A stretch of 42,516 nt of DNA from NCBI GenBank assembly GCA_000697335.1, contig JNEM01010310.1, positions 1 to 42,516 of the forward strand, in the 5' to 3' direction. A program made the position numbers and the translations under genes. This DNA comes from Conidiobolus incongruus B7586. Taxonomy: Eukaryota. This document shows positions 1 through 12,643 of the stretch, in pieces. Each line of letters begins with the position of its first letter. The first letter of the stretch is position 1. The notes beneath the pieces are model-generated. The model saw only the letters and a program-made list of their open reading frames with translations. It was not told where the DNA came from and made no database searches.

Positions 1-77
1 TAATATATATAATTGTTTTAGTTATTAATTAAAATATATATATTTTTGATTTTATAACTTACTTTTACAGGTTAGTG

Positions 78-1269
78 TATATATAATAATTTTTTTGATT
101 AAAAAATTAACTTTTTAAAATTAATTGTTTAATTTAATTATACTTAAACTAAATAGTAATCATCAAAAGTTTTATATTCTAATATTAATAAAACTTAACT
201 ATAGATCCTTTAAAATTATTTAAAATTTATAAATAACTATTAGTAATAAAATATTATCTAAATTAATAATTTATTACTAAGTAAATTAATTTAAGATTAA
301 GAGAGAAATTATCTAAAACTTACCAAAATCTAAAAAATTAATTTTAACTATTACTCTTTTAATTATTAATAGAATGAAAAAATATATTAAAAAGCACCTT
401 TTTATTTCAACTAAAGAATTATTTAAGTACTTTAATATTAGTTTTACAGGTATTTTATATATACTAAAGTTTAAACTCAAATTAATAAATAAAAATATAA
501 AATAAATACCTTATAAATTAACTAAAGCTTAAAAAAAGTTTAAGTAGCTATTACTATATAAAACTTATTAAAATATTACTAGAAGCTTAAACTTTTACAA
601 TAAATAATTACAATTAATGAATCTTAAATCTTTATATATAATCCTTTACTAAATCACAAATCAAAATATTAAATTAAACTAAATCAACCCCTTCTACAAA
701 TCCTTTTAAATAAGTATTTTGTTAATAAATAAATATAAATTATTATTACAGATTATAATGATATATGCTACTTTTATTTAGTTCCTGAAGGAAAATCAAT
801 TAATAGTAAACTTTATATTGCTTTTTTAAATAAAAGTATTTTTAATTAGTGTTTTCAATATAATTTAAGAAGACTTATTATTTTGCATGATAATTGCAAA
901 ATATATAAATCTAAAGATATAAAAAACTTTTTAATGAAAAATAACTGGAAAAAACTACTATATTTAGTATATTCTTTAAATTATAACCTATGAAATTATA
1001 ATTGCTTTAGGCAATTAAAAAACTAGCTTATAAGAAAGAAAATTTTTATAAGAAAATTTAATTAATTTATAAAATATCAAATTTCAGTCTTTAATAAAAA
1101 GAACTATTTTTTAGATATTAAATCTTTACTAAAAATATAACAAAAAGTTATTAATAATAAAGGAAAATATTAAGTTTATATATTTTATTTATTTTTATAT
1201 ATTATATAATAAAATATTTATTTATTTTAAATTACAAAAAATTCCTATCATTAAAAATATAAAGTAATA
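78..1269 (+). mobile_element. Hypermutated DD34D mariner transposon, copy 1 (left end diverged or outside the window)
   Basis: Colinear with the reverse complement of ~32788-33980. Relict mariner motifs: taa-ata-cct-tat-aaa-tta at 503 (WVPHEL-like, TGG>TAA); I-I-T-I-N-E-S-*-I-F-I-Y-N-P at ~604-645 (TxDExW..YNP); L-H-D-N with D at 889; Y-S-L-N-Y-N-L-*-N-Y (YSPDxxPCD-like) with the third D position at 994, 35 codons after the second D, giving DD34D. Right TIR ends at 1267, followed by TA. Confidence 0.85.
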
Positions 1270-1304
1270 AATAAAAAAATATTAGTAGAAATTAATTTTT
1301 TTGA

Positions 1305-1790
1305 GATTTTAACAAATTTTAAATAATATCCCTTTTAACTTTAAAATCATAAATTTAATAATATATGGTAGTTATAAATAAAACACTATCTTTATAAGCT
1401 ATTTATAAGTTTTAAATGATTTTAAAGGGTTTATGATTAAGTTTTAAAAATATAAAAATAAAAACATTTTGATAATTAATATTTAGTTTAAATATGATTG
1501 AATTTAAATGTAAATTTTAAAAATCATAATATTTTAATAAAAAAAATAATTAAAATTGAATATATATATATATATAGTTTGAAAATATTTATTTTCCTAT
1601 ATATTTTATATATATAAAATCTTTCAAAATATATAATATGTTTGAAAGATCAAAAATTAAAAAATTTGCCATTTCTTAATTTTTATACTAATATTAATTT
1701 AAATTGAGGGTATTATTTTAAATAATAAATAAAATATTTTAACCATTAAAAAATCTATCTGCAAATATTTTATAATAATTTAAAGGTGCA
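1305..1790 (-). mobile_element. Degenerate repeat, probable Tc1/IS630-like transposase remnant, copy 1
   Basis: Aligns by eye with the reverse complement of ~35560-36065. The SPDL codons of that copy (tca cca gat tta) appear here as tta tta aat tta. Confidence 0.5.
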
Positions 1791-2149
1791 ATATTTTTCA
1801 ATTTTCAATAAATAAAAAAATGAAATTTAATAATATTATTAATATATAAACTATTCAACCTTTTGTATTTATTAAAAATTTAGTGTAAATAATTTCATAA
1901 AACTTGGATAGACTCAAATATCAAGGTAAAGTTTGAACCAAATATGATATCTAATATAACAATGATTTTTATATATTATGATTTAAAATCCCTTGATAAA
2001 TTAAATATAAATAATTTTAAAAAGTATAAAACAATCTATTTTTTCAATGAATGGGGTATATTCTCAATTCTATTGTATTTTATAAAGTAACAAAAGATAT
2101 GAAATGCTAGTCAGAGTTTTTAACTATTGCAATTTATTCAATTTTAGTT

Positions 2150-2800
2150 TTTCTAATAGGAAATAGTGATATTTATCCATTAGCTTTAAATTTGAAATAC
2201 ATCAATATATAAAAAAAATTATTAAAATTAACAGGCTTGATATGCTATGTCCCTTATGAATGATCATTTTTGCTCGATTATATCAATTGTTTTGCAAATT
2301 GATCAATTATTCAAATTTTATTTAGGATGTTGAATTTGATGATATTTCTATAGTATCATTTTATTATATTTTAAAGACAGTCCGGTATTTTACTACAGAG
2401 AAAATGGTGTTACACTGCTTAGATATATTTGCTAATTGCCAATGATTTACTATCTCGAATATGCGGGCTTGTTATATGAAGTTGGTAGTAGATTCTGGAA
2501 CATGTGGTGGTTTGTGAATGATCATGAATTTGTTGATATCTGTGCTTATTGTAATATCCCAAAGTGTAGCAAATATTTATATTATTTCTCTTGTATTTAA
2601 TAGTATTCATCTTTTTTAGAAGAATTACAAAATCGTAATAATGAAATTAGGACTAGTTCTTGTTTTTTCCTTGACATATTTTTGATGATATTAATGATTA
2701 CAAACATACTGTCTGCTGGTTCTTCATTTTTGGGAGTGAATTACTGGTTTAAACTTCAGATAGAAACTTTATTTTTGGGTAACATTAGAGAAATTGTGAT
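2150..2800 (+). pseudogene. Decayed multi-pass membrane protein gene, paralog A (7TM/GPCR-like?)
   Basis: Plus-strand fragments DIYPLALNLKYIN, MNLLISVLIVISQSVANIYIISLVFNSIHLF*KNYKIVIMKLGLVLVF and TGLNFR*KLYFWV align colinearly with 3480-4130. Several stop codons. Boundaries are approximate. Confidence 0.5.
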
Positions 2801-3479
2801 AGTTACGGAAAATTACGGACATTCTTAAACTATTAAGACATATAAACTTGTTAAAGATTTGAAAAATGTGTGCACTCAAAAGATTTTTTTAATTAACAAA
2901 TAACTTTTTGATTTGCTTCAATTATTCATAATTCTTAATAGAAATTTTGAGTGGTGGAAATGATTTATGCTATTTCAAATATTCAAACATATTTCAAAAG
3001 ATAATTATTGAATGTCAAAAATAATTGGATTTTTTTATCATGGAATAGAATAAGTTTATTGCAAGTCAAATAAAATTTAACATATAAATAAAATATACCA
3101 TATGGAGCATATTTATATTATAAAATTTAATTTCATAAAAAGATAAAGTTCCATGCTCATATATTTATTTTGTTATTATTAACTATGTATTCTAGATTAA
3201 TATGGAGAATCCTAAAATAAATTTATTGAACATTTATAAAATAGTTTTGATATTTGAGTTCGAAATTTTATTGATATTTAATATCTTATTAATTGAAATT
3301 TGTTTAATAATAGTAATTTTAAGTTCTTTAATATAATATCAAGCTCATTTTCTTAAATGAAGCATAAAATCATCAAATATCTAAACAAAACATTTTTATA
3401 ACTTAATATAACGCTTACTATGTCACAAGAGATTGATTGCTATTAGAAATATTGTAATATATTATTTTATCCATTGTAC

Positions 3480-4130
3480 ATTTAGTTAATGATAATTACA
3501 TATATCTTTTAGCGTTAAGTAAGAAATATATAAATAGGACTTTTTTTATAATAAATATAAGTATTATCTGTTGTCATTCCTTAACTTTCAATTTATTTCT
3601 AATATATCTGATTACTTTCAAGACAATCCAGTTTTTCCGCCTTTGATCAGAGGGATTAATTGGTACTGTTAGTTCAATTATTTTTTATCATTTTATTTAG
3701 ACAGCCTGAGATTTTATTGCCAGAGAAATTGTATTACTATGCCTCTGTATATTTGATTGTTGTGAATAATATAGATATTTGTTGTATATGATTGTATTTA
3801 CAGGATTTTTAGTAAACTCTGAAACATTGGAATTTGAGTTGCAAAATGAATTTTCTCATTATATTGTTAATTTTGGTAGCTGAATTGATAACAAATATGC
3901 TTATTATTCGATTATTAAATAAAATAGATTGCCAAAGGAATACCAATTATGAATTCGTTATAGTAAAATTGAGTGTGGTTTTATTTCTCTACTTTTCCCT
4001 GTATGTTTCTTTAAAGTGCTTTGAAATTACTAATAACTAATTGTAATGTGATTTGTATCAGTGTGTCAATTCGGGCTTAAACCTATGATGGAAACAATAT
4101 GCCTGGGTAAAAAAGTTATTAAAATTATGA
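3480..4130 (+). pseudogene. Decayed multi-pass membrane protein gene, paralog B (7TM/GPCR-like?)
   Basis: Fragments YIYLLALSKKYIN, MNFLIILLILVAELITNMLIIRLLNKIDCQRNTNYEFVIVKLSVVLF (ORF 3834-4040) and NSGLNL*WKQYAWV. Direct-orientation diverged duplicate of 2150-2800. Confidence 0.5.
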
Positions 4131-5611
4131 AAAAAAATTCAATTGAAAGTTTTAATGATTCGTATTATAAATTAAATTATAATATTTAATTGATTTCAGA
4201 TTATTAGTTGTTCAGTGTATTCAATCATTAAGAAATAAACTTCAACCTTACATTTTACAATTATTAAATATATATCGATGTATGAATAATCATCAAGTAA
4301 TCAAATTGATTAAGTAAGGACTATTAAATATCAATATAGAATTTATTAATTGTTATAAAAATAATATTTTATTAAATAACAACTTCAAAAAGATAAATTA
4401 AATTCTGATTGTATTGATAGTCATATAGTTTAAATTTATTATAATTTCCTGAAAACTATTATTTAGTTCCTATCAGATAAAATATGACATTTTTTTTGAA
4501 AATATGATCACATTTTTAAATATTTCTTATAAAAAAATTTATATTGATTTTGAAGATTATATCTAAAAAAAAATATTATTTGAAATACTCATTTCTGTTC
4601 CGTAAAATAAGGTCAAACTTTAGTTCTTTGTCGAATTAAGAGTTGCGCAATTATGCGTTAATAAAATCAAGTCAAATATATAATACAATATCTATCTTTC
4701 TAAAACAATAATTAAACAAATTTTAATTTGTTAAATGATAGAATTATATTTAAGTATAATGTATTGTACTATAGCAAGATATAAATGATTAAAAAGGACA
4801 TATTTTACTAAAATGCAAAATTAACTCCCGAAAATGAACGAATATTATTAGCGAACGATTATTTTATGAACTAGATGATATATAATATAACATCTTTTAT
4901 AATACTTATCAGTCATATAATATTCATTGAACCTAATATTAATATAATCAAATATGTGTTATTAATAATTATATTTCAGCATTTCATTTTAACAATTCAA
5001 TTACTAATATATTTGAAAAATTAAATGTTCTAGAAAAAGGTAAATGATATATAATTACTTATAGTTTGAGTCTAAGAGACTAATAATCAAATATATTGTT
5101 AGAAATTATTTGTTACCTTGTTTTATTAATGACTAGTTAGTTTTTACATTAAATGTATTTGGTCTTATATGTTTGATTATTTATTTCCACAATTTGAAAT
5201 TAGCTAAAATTGAAAATAGTTATTCAAGGATATTGAAAGAAGTACTGCCAGCTTATTTTTCAATTCTATTACTTGATTCAAAGTAATAGTAATTAGTTTT
5301 TTACTTTTTAAATTGATTAAACTGATTAGTCAACACTTGAAAACTTTTGCAATATTTAACACGAAAATCATATATTGACTTTTTTGGGAAACAGACTTGT
5401 ATATCACATTCACCCATTGAAATTTTATTTGTATTTACTAGATATTTAAATTGAACCATTTTAGGCTAATAAATTTAAATTGCTAAATTATGACAATTTA
5501 ATTGGTTTTAAATCCCATAAATTATTAACTATCAAATTTAAATTTAAAAATTTTCCAAATCTTAGAAATTATTCTAAATCATATAAATAAATATATAATA
5601 AATAATAAATA

Positions 5612-7480
5612 ATGTCAACTAAAAAGAGAAATCAATCAAATACAGTACAAAATAAACCAAAATTGCAAAAAACTACCAACAACTCAAAATCTATAGAAAT
5701 TGAGAGTGACAATAAACCCAATGTAGAATTGGAACTTGAAGATTTGTTATTCGGTACTAATAACTTAACTCAAGTCGCTGAAGAAGTTGAACAGAATAAC
5801 CAAAGTGACGAACAATTAAATGGTGATAACATTAATGAAAGTGACAAAGAATCTGAAGTTGAAGGGGATGAAGATGACGACGATGTATATTTAAATTATT
5901 CTAATTGGAATAACATTAATAACTTTGATATAGTTGTTTTTCGTTGACGAAGGTGATGAAGAAGAAGTTATTCAACAAACTGAGACTTTGGAACAAGATG
6001 GTGAAGAAGAAAAAGACTCTGACTCGGATTCCGATAATTCAGAAAGTTCAGAAACACCAAGTAATCAAAATTAATGAATAACATAATAATAACAATAATA
6101 ATATCAAACGACAATTCTAGGTCGTAAATTGCCCCAATCCGCATGGGAGGATGTAGATGAAGAATCTGAGGATGAAGTAGATTTGACAAGCGCTAACAGA
6201 TTGAAGAAGTTGAGACACACTGAGGATGAGACTATCCTCAATGTTTCTGAATATGAAATGAGATTGAGAGATCAGTAAGCAATAATCAAAATCATAATAT
6301 AATATTCGTATTTACCATGATATGTCAGATTCGAAAAATTAAACCCCAAACCATTGTGGGCTCAAGGCAAAGTGATTCAAGAAGATGGTGAAGAAGTGTT
6401 TAGAGATGGTCAATCCATAGTTGAAGACGATGATAAAGTCGGTAAATTGGCTGAAGGCACTATTAATATTCAGAGACTTTCTGACGTGACATTGAATGCC
6501 CCCTCTAAGGTAATTGAATCAATTAATCAAAATCACCAGAATCTAATAATTATCAGGGACGTATTACATTCACCAAATTTCACCCCGAGTTACATTCCCA
6601 CTGTATTGTAGGCTCCAGCGACCACACCGTGAAGTACTTCCAAATTGACGGCAAGCAAAATCCTCACATTCATACTTTGAAGTTTAAGGATTTGTCCCCA
6701 GAATTTGGGTCATTCTACAACAATGGCAAAGGCATTTTGGCTACCGGTTACAGAAAGCATTTCTACACTGTTGACGTTGAGACGAACCAAGCTACCAAGC
6801 ACAATAGACTCTGGGGTCACGATGGCGCTATCGGCTACTTCAAGTTGAGTCCTGATGAAAAGAACATTGCTATGACCGAAAACGACGGTGTGATCAACAT
6901 TGTAAACAGCGACAGCATGATGAAGATGGGCCACTTCAAAGCCAACATTGGCGGCTGCACCAGCATGGAGTGGAGCAGCGATTCGAACTATCTGTATTCC
7001 CTCAGCGTGAACGGTACAGTATTTAAATGGGATTTGCGCACCTATCGCTGTATTCAAATGTTCCACGATGAAGGTGGGTACAAAGCCAATCATCTCGGAT
7101 TATCCAACAACGACCAATACTTAGCCATCGGGTCTCAATCTGGTTTCCTAAATCTGTACGATATCAGCAATCTCTCCGGTCCAAAACCCACGCCGAAACC
7201 CGTTAAAACCTACGATCATTTAACCACCAATATCACTTCAATCGCCTTTAATTACGACTGCCAACTTATGGCAATGTCGTCAAGTTCTCAGAAGAATCAT
7301 ATACGTTTGATTCATTTACCAAGTCGTAAAGTTTACTCCAATTGGCCCAATCCCAACCAAGGGGGAGTCGTCTACAAGGCCACCAGTTTAGAATTTTCAC
7401 CAAATTCTGCATATTTGACAGTTGGTAACAATATGGGTAAAGTTTGTTTGTTTAGGTTGAATCATTACAAGACAGTTTAA
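5612..7480 (+). CDS. UTP18: U3 snoRNA-associated protein 18 (WD40, SSU processome); 5 exons: 5612-5884, 5934-6060, 6121-6274, 6329-6509, 6557-7480
   Basis: All four GT-AG introns splice in frame. Recognisable motifs: ELELEDLLFG, LFFVD, AWEDxD..VDL..NRLKKLR..EYE.RLRDQFEKLNPKP.WA, IDGKQNP, YSNWP and C-terminal FSPNSAYLTVGNNMGKVCLFRLNHY. Confidence 0.93.
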
Positions 7481-7724
7481 AACTCAATAATTTTAAACTG
7501 ATGACCTCTTCATCATCCCAAGTACAGCAATTTCTATAATATTATATAGATATTAATATATATATACTATTTAAATAATAGACAATACCAAAAATTTTTG
7601 ATAACTGTGACACAATATAGAAATAAAACTTATTCATTTCAATTTTATTGAAAAATACTCATTTATTAAATTCATTTCAATTTGAAACTATTTTATTATT
7701 GCTAAATACTTCATCATTGTTAAT

Positions 7725-10700
7725 TTATTGATCAATATTATTAAAAATATCCCCTACGTGGCGGATACTCCTACTCTTACCGAGACCTCCGGATGCCTTA
7801 CTAAACGAATTGGACGCTTTTTTCCAACTTGATGTCAAATACTCTCTCATTTCTGGCGTATCTTGCATTTGATTATTACTATAAGTGCAATCCTCGTCGG
7901 GTACAGTATCGACAGGATCCAGCGTACTGAGTTCAAACATGGAACTCTGAGTATCATCGGGACTTTCGGCATCTGAGGGATCGTACTCTGAAACGTCCAT
8001 ACGTTGGCTCAAAGGGGTTGTGCATCGTGTCCTAGGGCCAGAGTCGTCCATCAATTGAGCGAAATTTTCGATAGCTTGGGATTCGACATGAGGGAGATGA
8101 CTCATCGAGTACGAGTATGATGATGAAGTCACATTGATCGTAGGATGAGGTGGGTCGTCCGTCTCCATCTCAGACGATGCTGCCAAGTGCTCAGATAATA
8201 CTTCGATAAAGCGTGCAGCAATTTGCGGGGTTTTGAATTGAACACCCACTTGTTGCTGGATTCCATCCTTCTCAAAGACGATTACTGCTTGGTTCGAGTC
8301 TTGGTGAATTCCCAAGGGTGCTGACAACAGTTCGTTAAAGATCAATTCATGGGTAGTGGTGGCTACGCAAAACATGCGGAATTGGGGATTACTGTCGGTG
8401 GGCTTGGCAATGCTATTGAGCTGAACGATACCAAGACCGAGACTCAACCAACTGGATTCATCCTCCCTGATGGTGTAAATCTTGCACACACCCTCAAATT
8501 TTGGAGTTTCGTACTCCTTGCCGGGCCCATAGCATGAAACGAAGTGGGCAATACGGTCAGCTCCACTACTGGGCTGGTTACCCACGGTAATTTCGCGCTG
8601 CATTTCCGACACCAACTTGTCAATTTCACTCTCTCGAGCTCTGATAAGGAATTGGGTGAGTCCCTGAGCCCCAGTGAATGCCATTCTCACATTGGTAGCA
8701 TTCATCCTAACCACTTGGGTGGTATCCAAAATCCAATCGTTGAAAATTTCCCTTCTAGTCATATCCAGCAACAGCGCGAACGAGTTGCGATCCGACGTAG
8801 TGCGACGAATTTCTACCATGCAATGACCGATTGGCTCCCAGTGATGATCTGTGAAGTAAAATACGCGGACCTTGGCTAAACTGAATAGGTGAGATGTAAT
8901 GGTTAAAACATCCGCAATCTCGGGTGCAGCTTTTCTAATGTGATTGAGTGTTGACACCAATCTGTTGGTATCGTCAGTAGTAATAGGTTCAATGCAGTAC
9001 TTTTTCAATAAGAATACTCGGGTATCGCCACTACGTTCAATATCCGTTGAAGGGACGATCCAACTGCTGAAACTAATAGTCCCAAAAGTCTCATCCCAAA
9101 GATTAGATTTCTCGCTGTACATAATGAGGAATGGACGCTTATCCGCAGTTGAACGAACTTCCACGGTGACCAAACCCTCGCCAATCCAGCGTAAATTATC
9201 CTCGATATTGTGGCGCCACATCCACAGATGACATCTTCTAATCTTCAAAATGGGGTCAGTCCCATCCATGACAATTGGGGGTGGCAACGCCTTGGACACT
9301 GCCACGTTCACACTAATCTCACTCAATCCTCTGCTAATTCTCTTTAATGTCTTCGGTGTCCTCGCAGTATTCAGCATAAATGTAGAGAAAGATGACGTCT
9401 TCACAGTTTGTAAGCCATTTAGCTGGGAAAAATCGTCGGGATTTTGGGTAAGACCCAAATTTTCGAATTCTTGAAGCCAAACGCACTTGGACATGCTCGT
9501 ATTCGCTTGCAGGATCAGAAGATCTTTGGATGCAATACGGAGTTCCATGAGGTTTTTCATACCTACCCAAAATCATTAGCAATAGACACTATTGAATATT
9601 TGGTAATTACCTTTTCTCGTATCTGGATAATCTATCAACTTTAAATCTTCTAACTCAAATGGCGGATACATCAAACTCAACCACTGTTCCTTCTTACCCT
9701 TCTTGGTAATCATTGTCACAGGCTGACAAATTAATAGCATATCCGTCAATAGTACAATCTCCAATAATCTTTTACCGGATTTTGGCGAGATGGAGTTGGA
9801 GTAGTCAATATCGTAAAATTGTTCCCTAAGAATGATACTTCGAGTTTCTACCGTATCACTTGAGCACAATATTATGGGATGTTCCTAAACCTTTTTCAAT
9901 ATTCAATTCAATCATATATAAAATAGAATTATTACATATTTCGTTTTGGTAAAAAAATCTCTCACTTGGGATTGATCCAAATAGTGATCGAAGTACTTGA
10001 GTTGGTTATAGTTATCTACTTTTAAATCTAAATTATCTAAGATATCTATAATACTTGATAGTTTGAAATTCGCATTCCTAAGTTCTTGGAGTTGTTCCGA
10101 GTTGTACTGGGGGTTGTTCAGTAGAAGCTAATTTGAGGTTAGTATTAGGATGACTGATGGGGGATTATGGTTTACTTGAATCGCTGCACTGTATACGAAT
10201 ACTCTAATCAAAGGCAATAAATACCAGTCGCCCAGCCATTGATCACACAATACCAACTAAATAACAGTCAATATAATATAGTAATGATCAATAATTATAA
10301 ACTTACGAAATCAGGTGAAAATATATCCTTAAATTGGTCAATTGAACAAATCAACTTTAACTGTAAAGCTGCATACTCCGAGTAGGGTACGTCCAAAGTA
10401 TTCATCTAACCTCCCAATTAGTATAATTAATCATTCAATATTATAAAATATGCATCACCAATTGATTCATCAACCCTCCAATACTTGTTAAATTACATTG
10501 ATTGGAATCTTTTAACACCTAATACAATTAATTCCAATTCCAAACAAATTTAATGGATTTACCTCAAAGAATTGCTTATGAATACCCAATATCTCTTTGA
10601 GAAACTCGTTACATCTGACGATTATTTCATCATCTCTGATGGGTTTGGGTAAATTGTGGTGGTTCTAGAGAGTGTTAGTATGGAGTGAAGAAAATGATTA

Positions 10701-11066
10701 ATTAAAATACTTTTAGGAATTGATCCAACTTTCGAATATAATCGAATTCCGTCTGGCATAAGTACTCCAAGGGATCAACGTTCACTGGAGGTGTGTAGAA
10801 TTGGTTAAAAGCCTAAAAACACCCTCAATGAATATAATCCTATATTATTGATCTATGGATATTACCTTGGTGCACAATTCCCTTAACTTGGCACTCGGCA
10901 AAAACGGAGGCTTCGTAGTTGTAATACTAATCGTGTTCGTTGAAACACTCGTTATACTGATTTGGTCCCCTCCTCCCTTCGATGTGATACTAGCTTTATC
11001 GCTCACTGAGTTACTGCTGCTTCCATTGCCGAAGTATTTATTGGTTAGGGATTTAAATAGTGACAT
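7725..11066 (-). CDS. DH-PH (RhoGEF-like) protein with three C-terminal tandem EVH1/RanBD-like PH-fold repeats; 9 exons, roughly 980 aa
   Basis: Eight canonical GT-AG introns join ORF 10845-11066 (exon 1 ends at 10866) to ORFs 9576-9869 and 7725-9560 in frame. DH-like segments: LEYLCQTEFDYIRKL, EILGIHKQFFE, YSEYA, WYLLPLIRVFVY..LL. PH-like segment: IVLLTDMLLICQ...LILQANTSMSKCVWLQEF. The gene model is well supported; the domain calls are by eye. Confidence 0.8.
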
Positions 11067-12411
11067 TGATATTTTTTGTGATTTCTATATCTATAAATTG
11101 ACCGAACAGTATAGGAATTTTTTCTTGTTTAATATAATAATAAATTGATTAAATTTAATGAATAATTATTGAATTATTTATATTAAAAGTTTTTTCTCAT
11201 GATTGACAACATATGAGATCCCAAACATTAATAGTCTTAATATTATCAATGTGGTTATTATGGGAATTATCGATTTTACCATATTTCATTATATGTTTAA
11301 ATTTTTTTGTTGATAATTCTAAAAATTATAATACAATCAATCTTTGTTTAATCAAATTCATTAAATTTAAAACCAACTTTGAATCGTATAAAAATGACTA
11401 ATTCAAAGGTATTATTATAAAAATCAATTATTCAAATAGAGAATTCAGTACCATTTATTTTCTCAAGAATCATATGATATAATAACATCTCAACATTTGA
11501 TAATATAAATGACATCATTATAATTTTATAGATTTAATTCTTGTTTTGAAGAATATATAAATTCTCAATCTTAATGATAATTAAACGTTTAATAAAAGTC
11601 ATTACAATTATATTTTTATATATTGAAATTCGAAGATAAGTTAATGATTAATATATCTACTCAACGCGATAAATAATAAAATTGAAACCAAAGTTAACAT
11701 TATATATATCCTAACTAATTACATAATAGCTAGAATTAGTTGATTACAAGAACATATTATTTAACCGAACACATTTAAAGCTGGGGAAAATAATTTACAA
11801 AATTGTGACTTTTGGGATAGAAATAATAAATTGTTAAATAAGTTTTTTTCAATTCAGACCAAAAAAAACCATATATAAAAATAAGTTTAAACTTTTAACT
11901 AAATAAACAATTAATCCATTATTTATTTTAATAAAAAATTTATTAAATAATAATCCTTTAATTTTTTATTTCAAAAATTATTAATTAAAATTTTTGAAAA
12001 TTTTTTATTATCATTAATTTATTAAATTACCTAATAATCAATTTTATAAATTAATTTCAATATATAATTTATTTTTTAATAATATTTTAAATGTTTACAT
12101 TATTATTTTATTTATTCTTTATTTTTATATAATATAATATATTAAATTTATATAAATAATGAAATAATTATTAAATATCAATTATTTCTTAAAAAAATTT
12201 TTTTTTGAAATAAGAAAAATATTAAATATAACCTGTAACATAATTTATTATAAACTAAGTATTAATTAAATAATCATAAATTATAAAATAACTTTATAAA
12301 TAATATTTTAATTGAATAATATATATTAATTAATTATGAATTTTATATTATTTACCTTCTTTTATTATTATTTTTTTCAATTTATTCAAATAATCTGTAA
12401 AATTTATTATG

Positions 12412-12517
12412 TTATAATATTATAGAGATATATAATAAGATTTTTCAATTAAGATGGTTGATAGTAAATTATTTAAATAGTTGATTCAGTGAATGTTATA
12501 ATCTATCAAATACTATT
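12412..12517. repeat. 106-bp dispersed repeat, inverted relative to 38823-38928
   Basis: 105/106 identical to the reverse complement of 38823-38928. Weaker similarity continues to ~12538. Confidence 0.95.
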
Positions 12518-12643
12518 GCATTAATTATTCAATCGAGACGGCGGGTATTTTCAAAATACAAAACTTTAAAATAATTTATTTAATTTTTTAAGGATTTTAT
12601 AATTTGATTGGTTGACTTGAGGGAATTAGGATTGTCTGGGACC

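Noticed and set aside
2419..2610. 63-aa minus-strand ORF
   Set aside because: Conservation with the neighbouring duplicate is better explained by the hydrophobic plus-strand frame.
4586..5402. Possible Stowaway-like MITE ends (tactcatttctgttccgtaaaataaggtcaa at ~4586 and ttgacttttttgggaaacagacttgta at ~5376-5401)
   Set aside because: The inverted match is short and gapped, and no second copy exists in the window, so it cannot be separated from chance.
6710..9474. Antisense or alternative-frame ORFs (6710-7093, 8349-8537, 8544-8879, 8944-9231, 9250-9474)
   Set aside because: These are shadows of UTP18 and the DH-PH gene, with no independent motifs.
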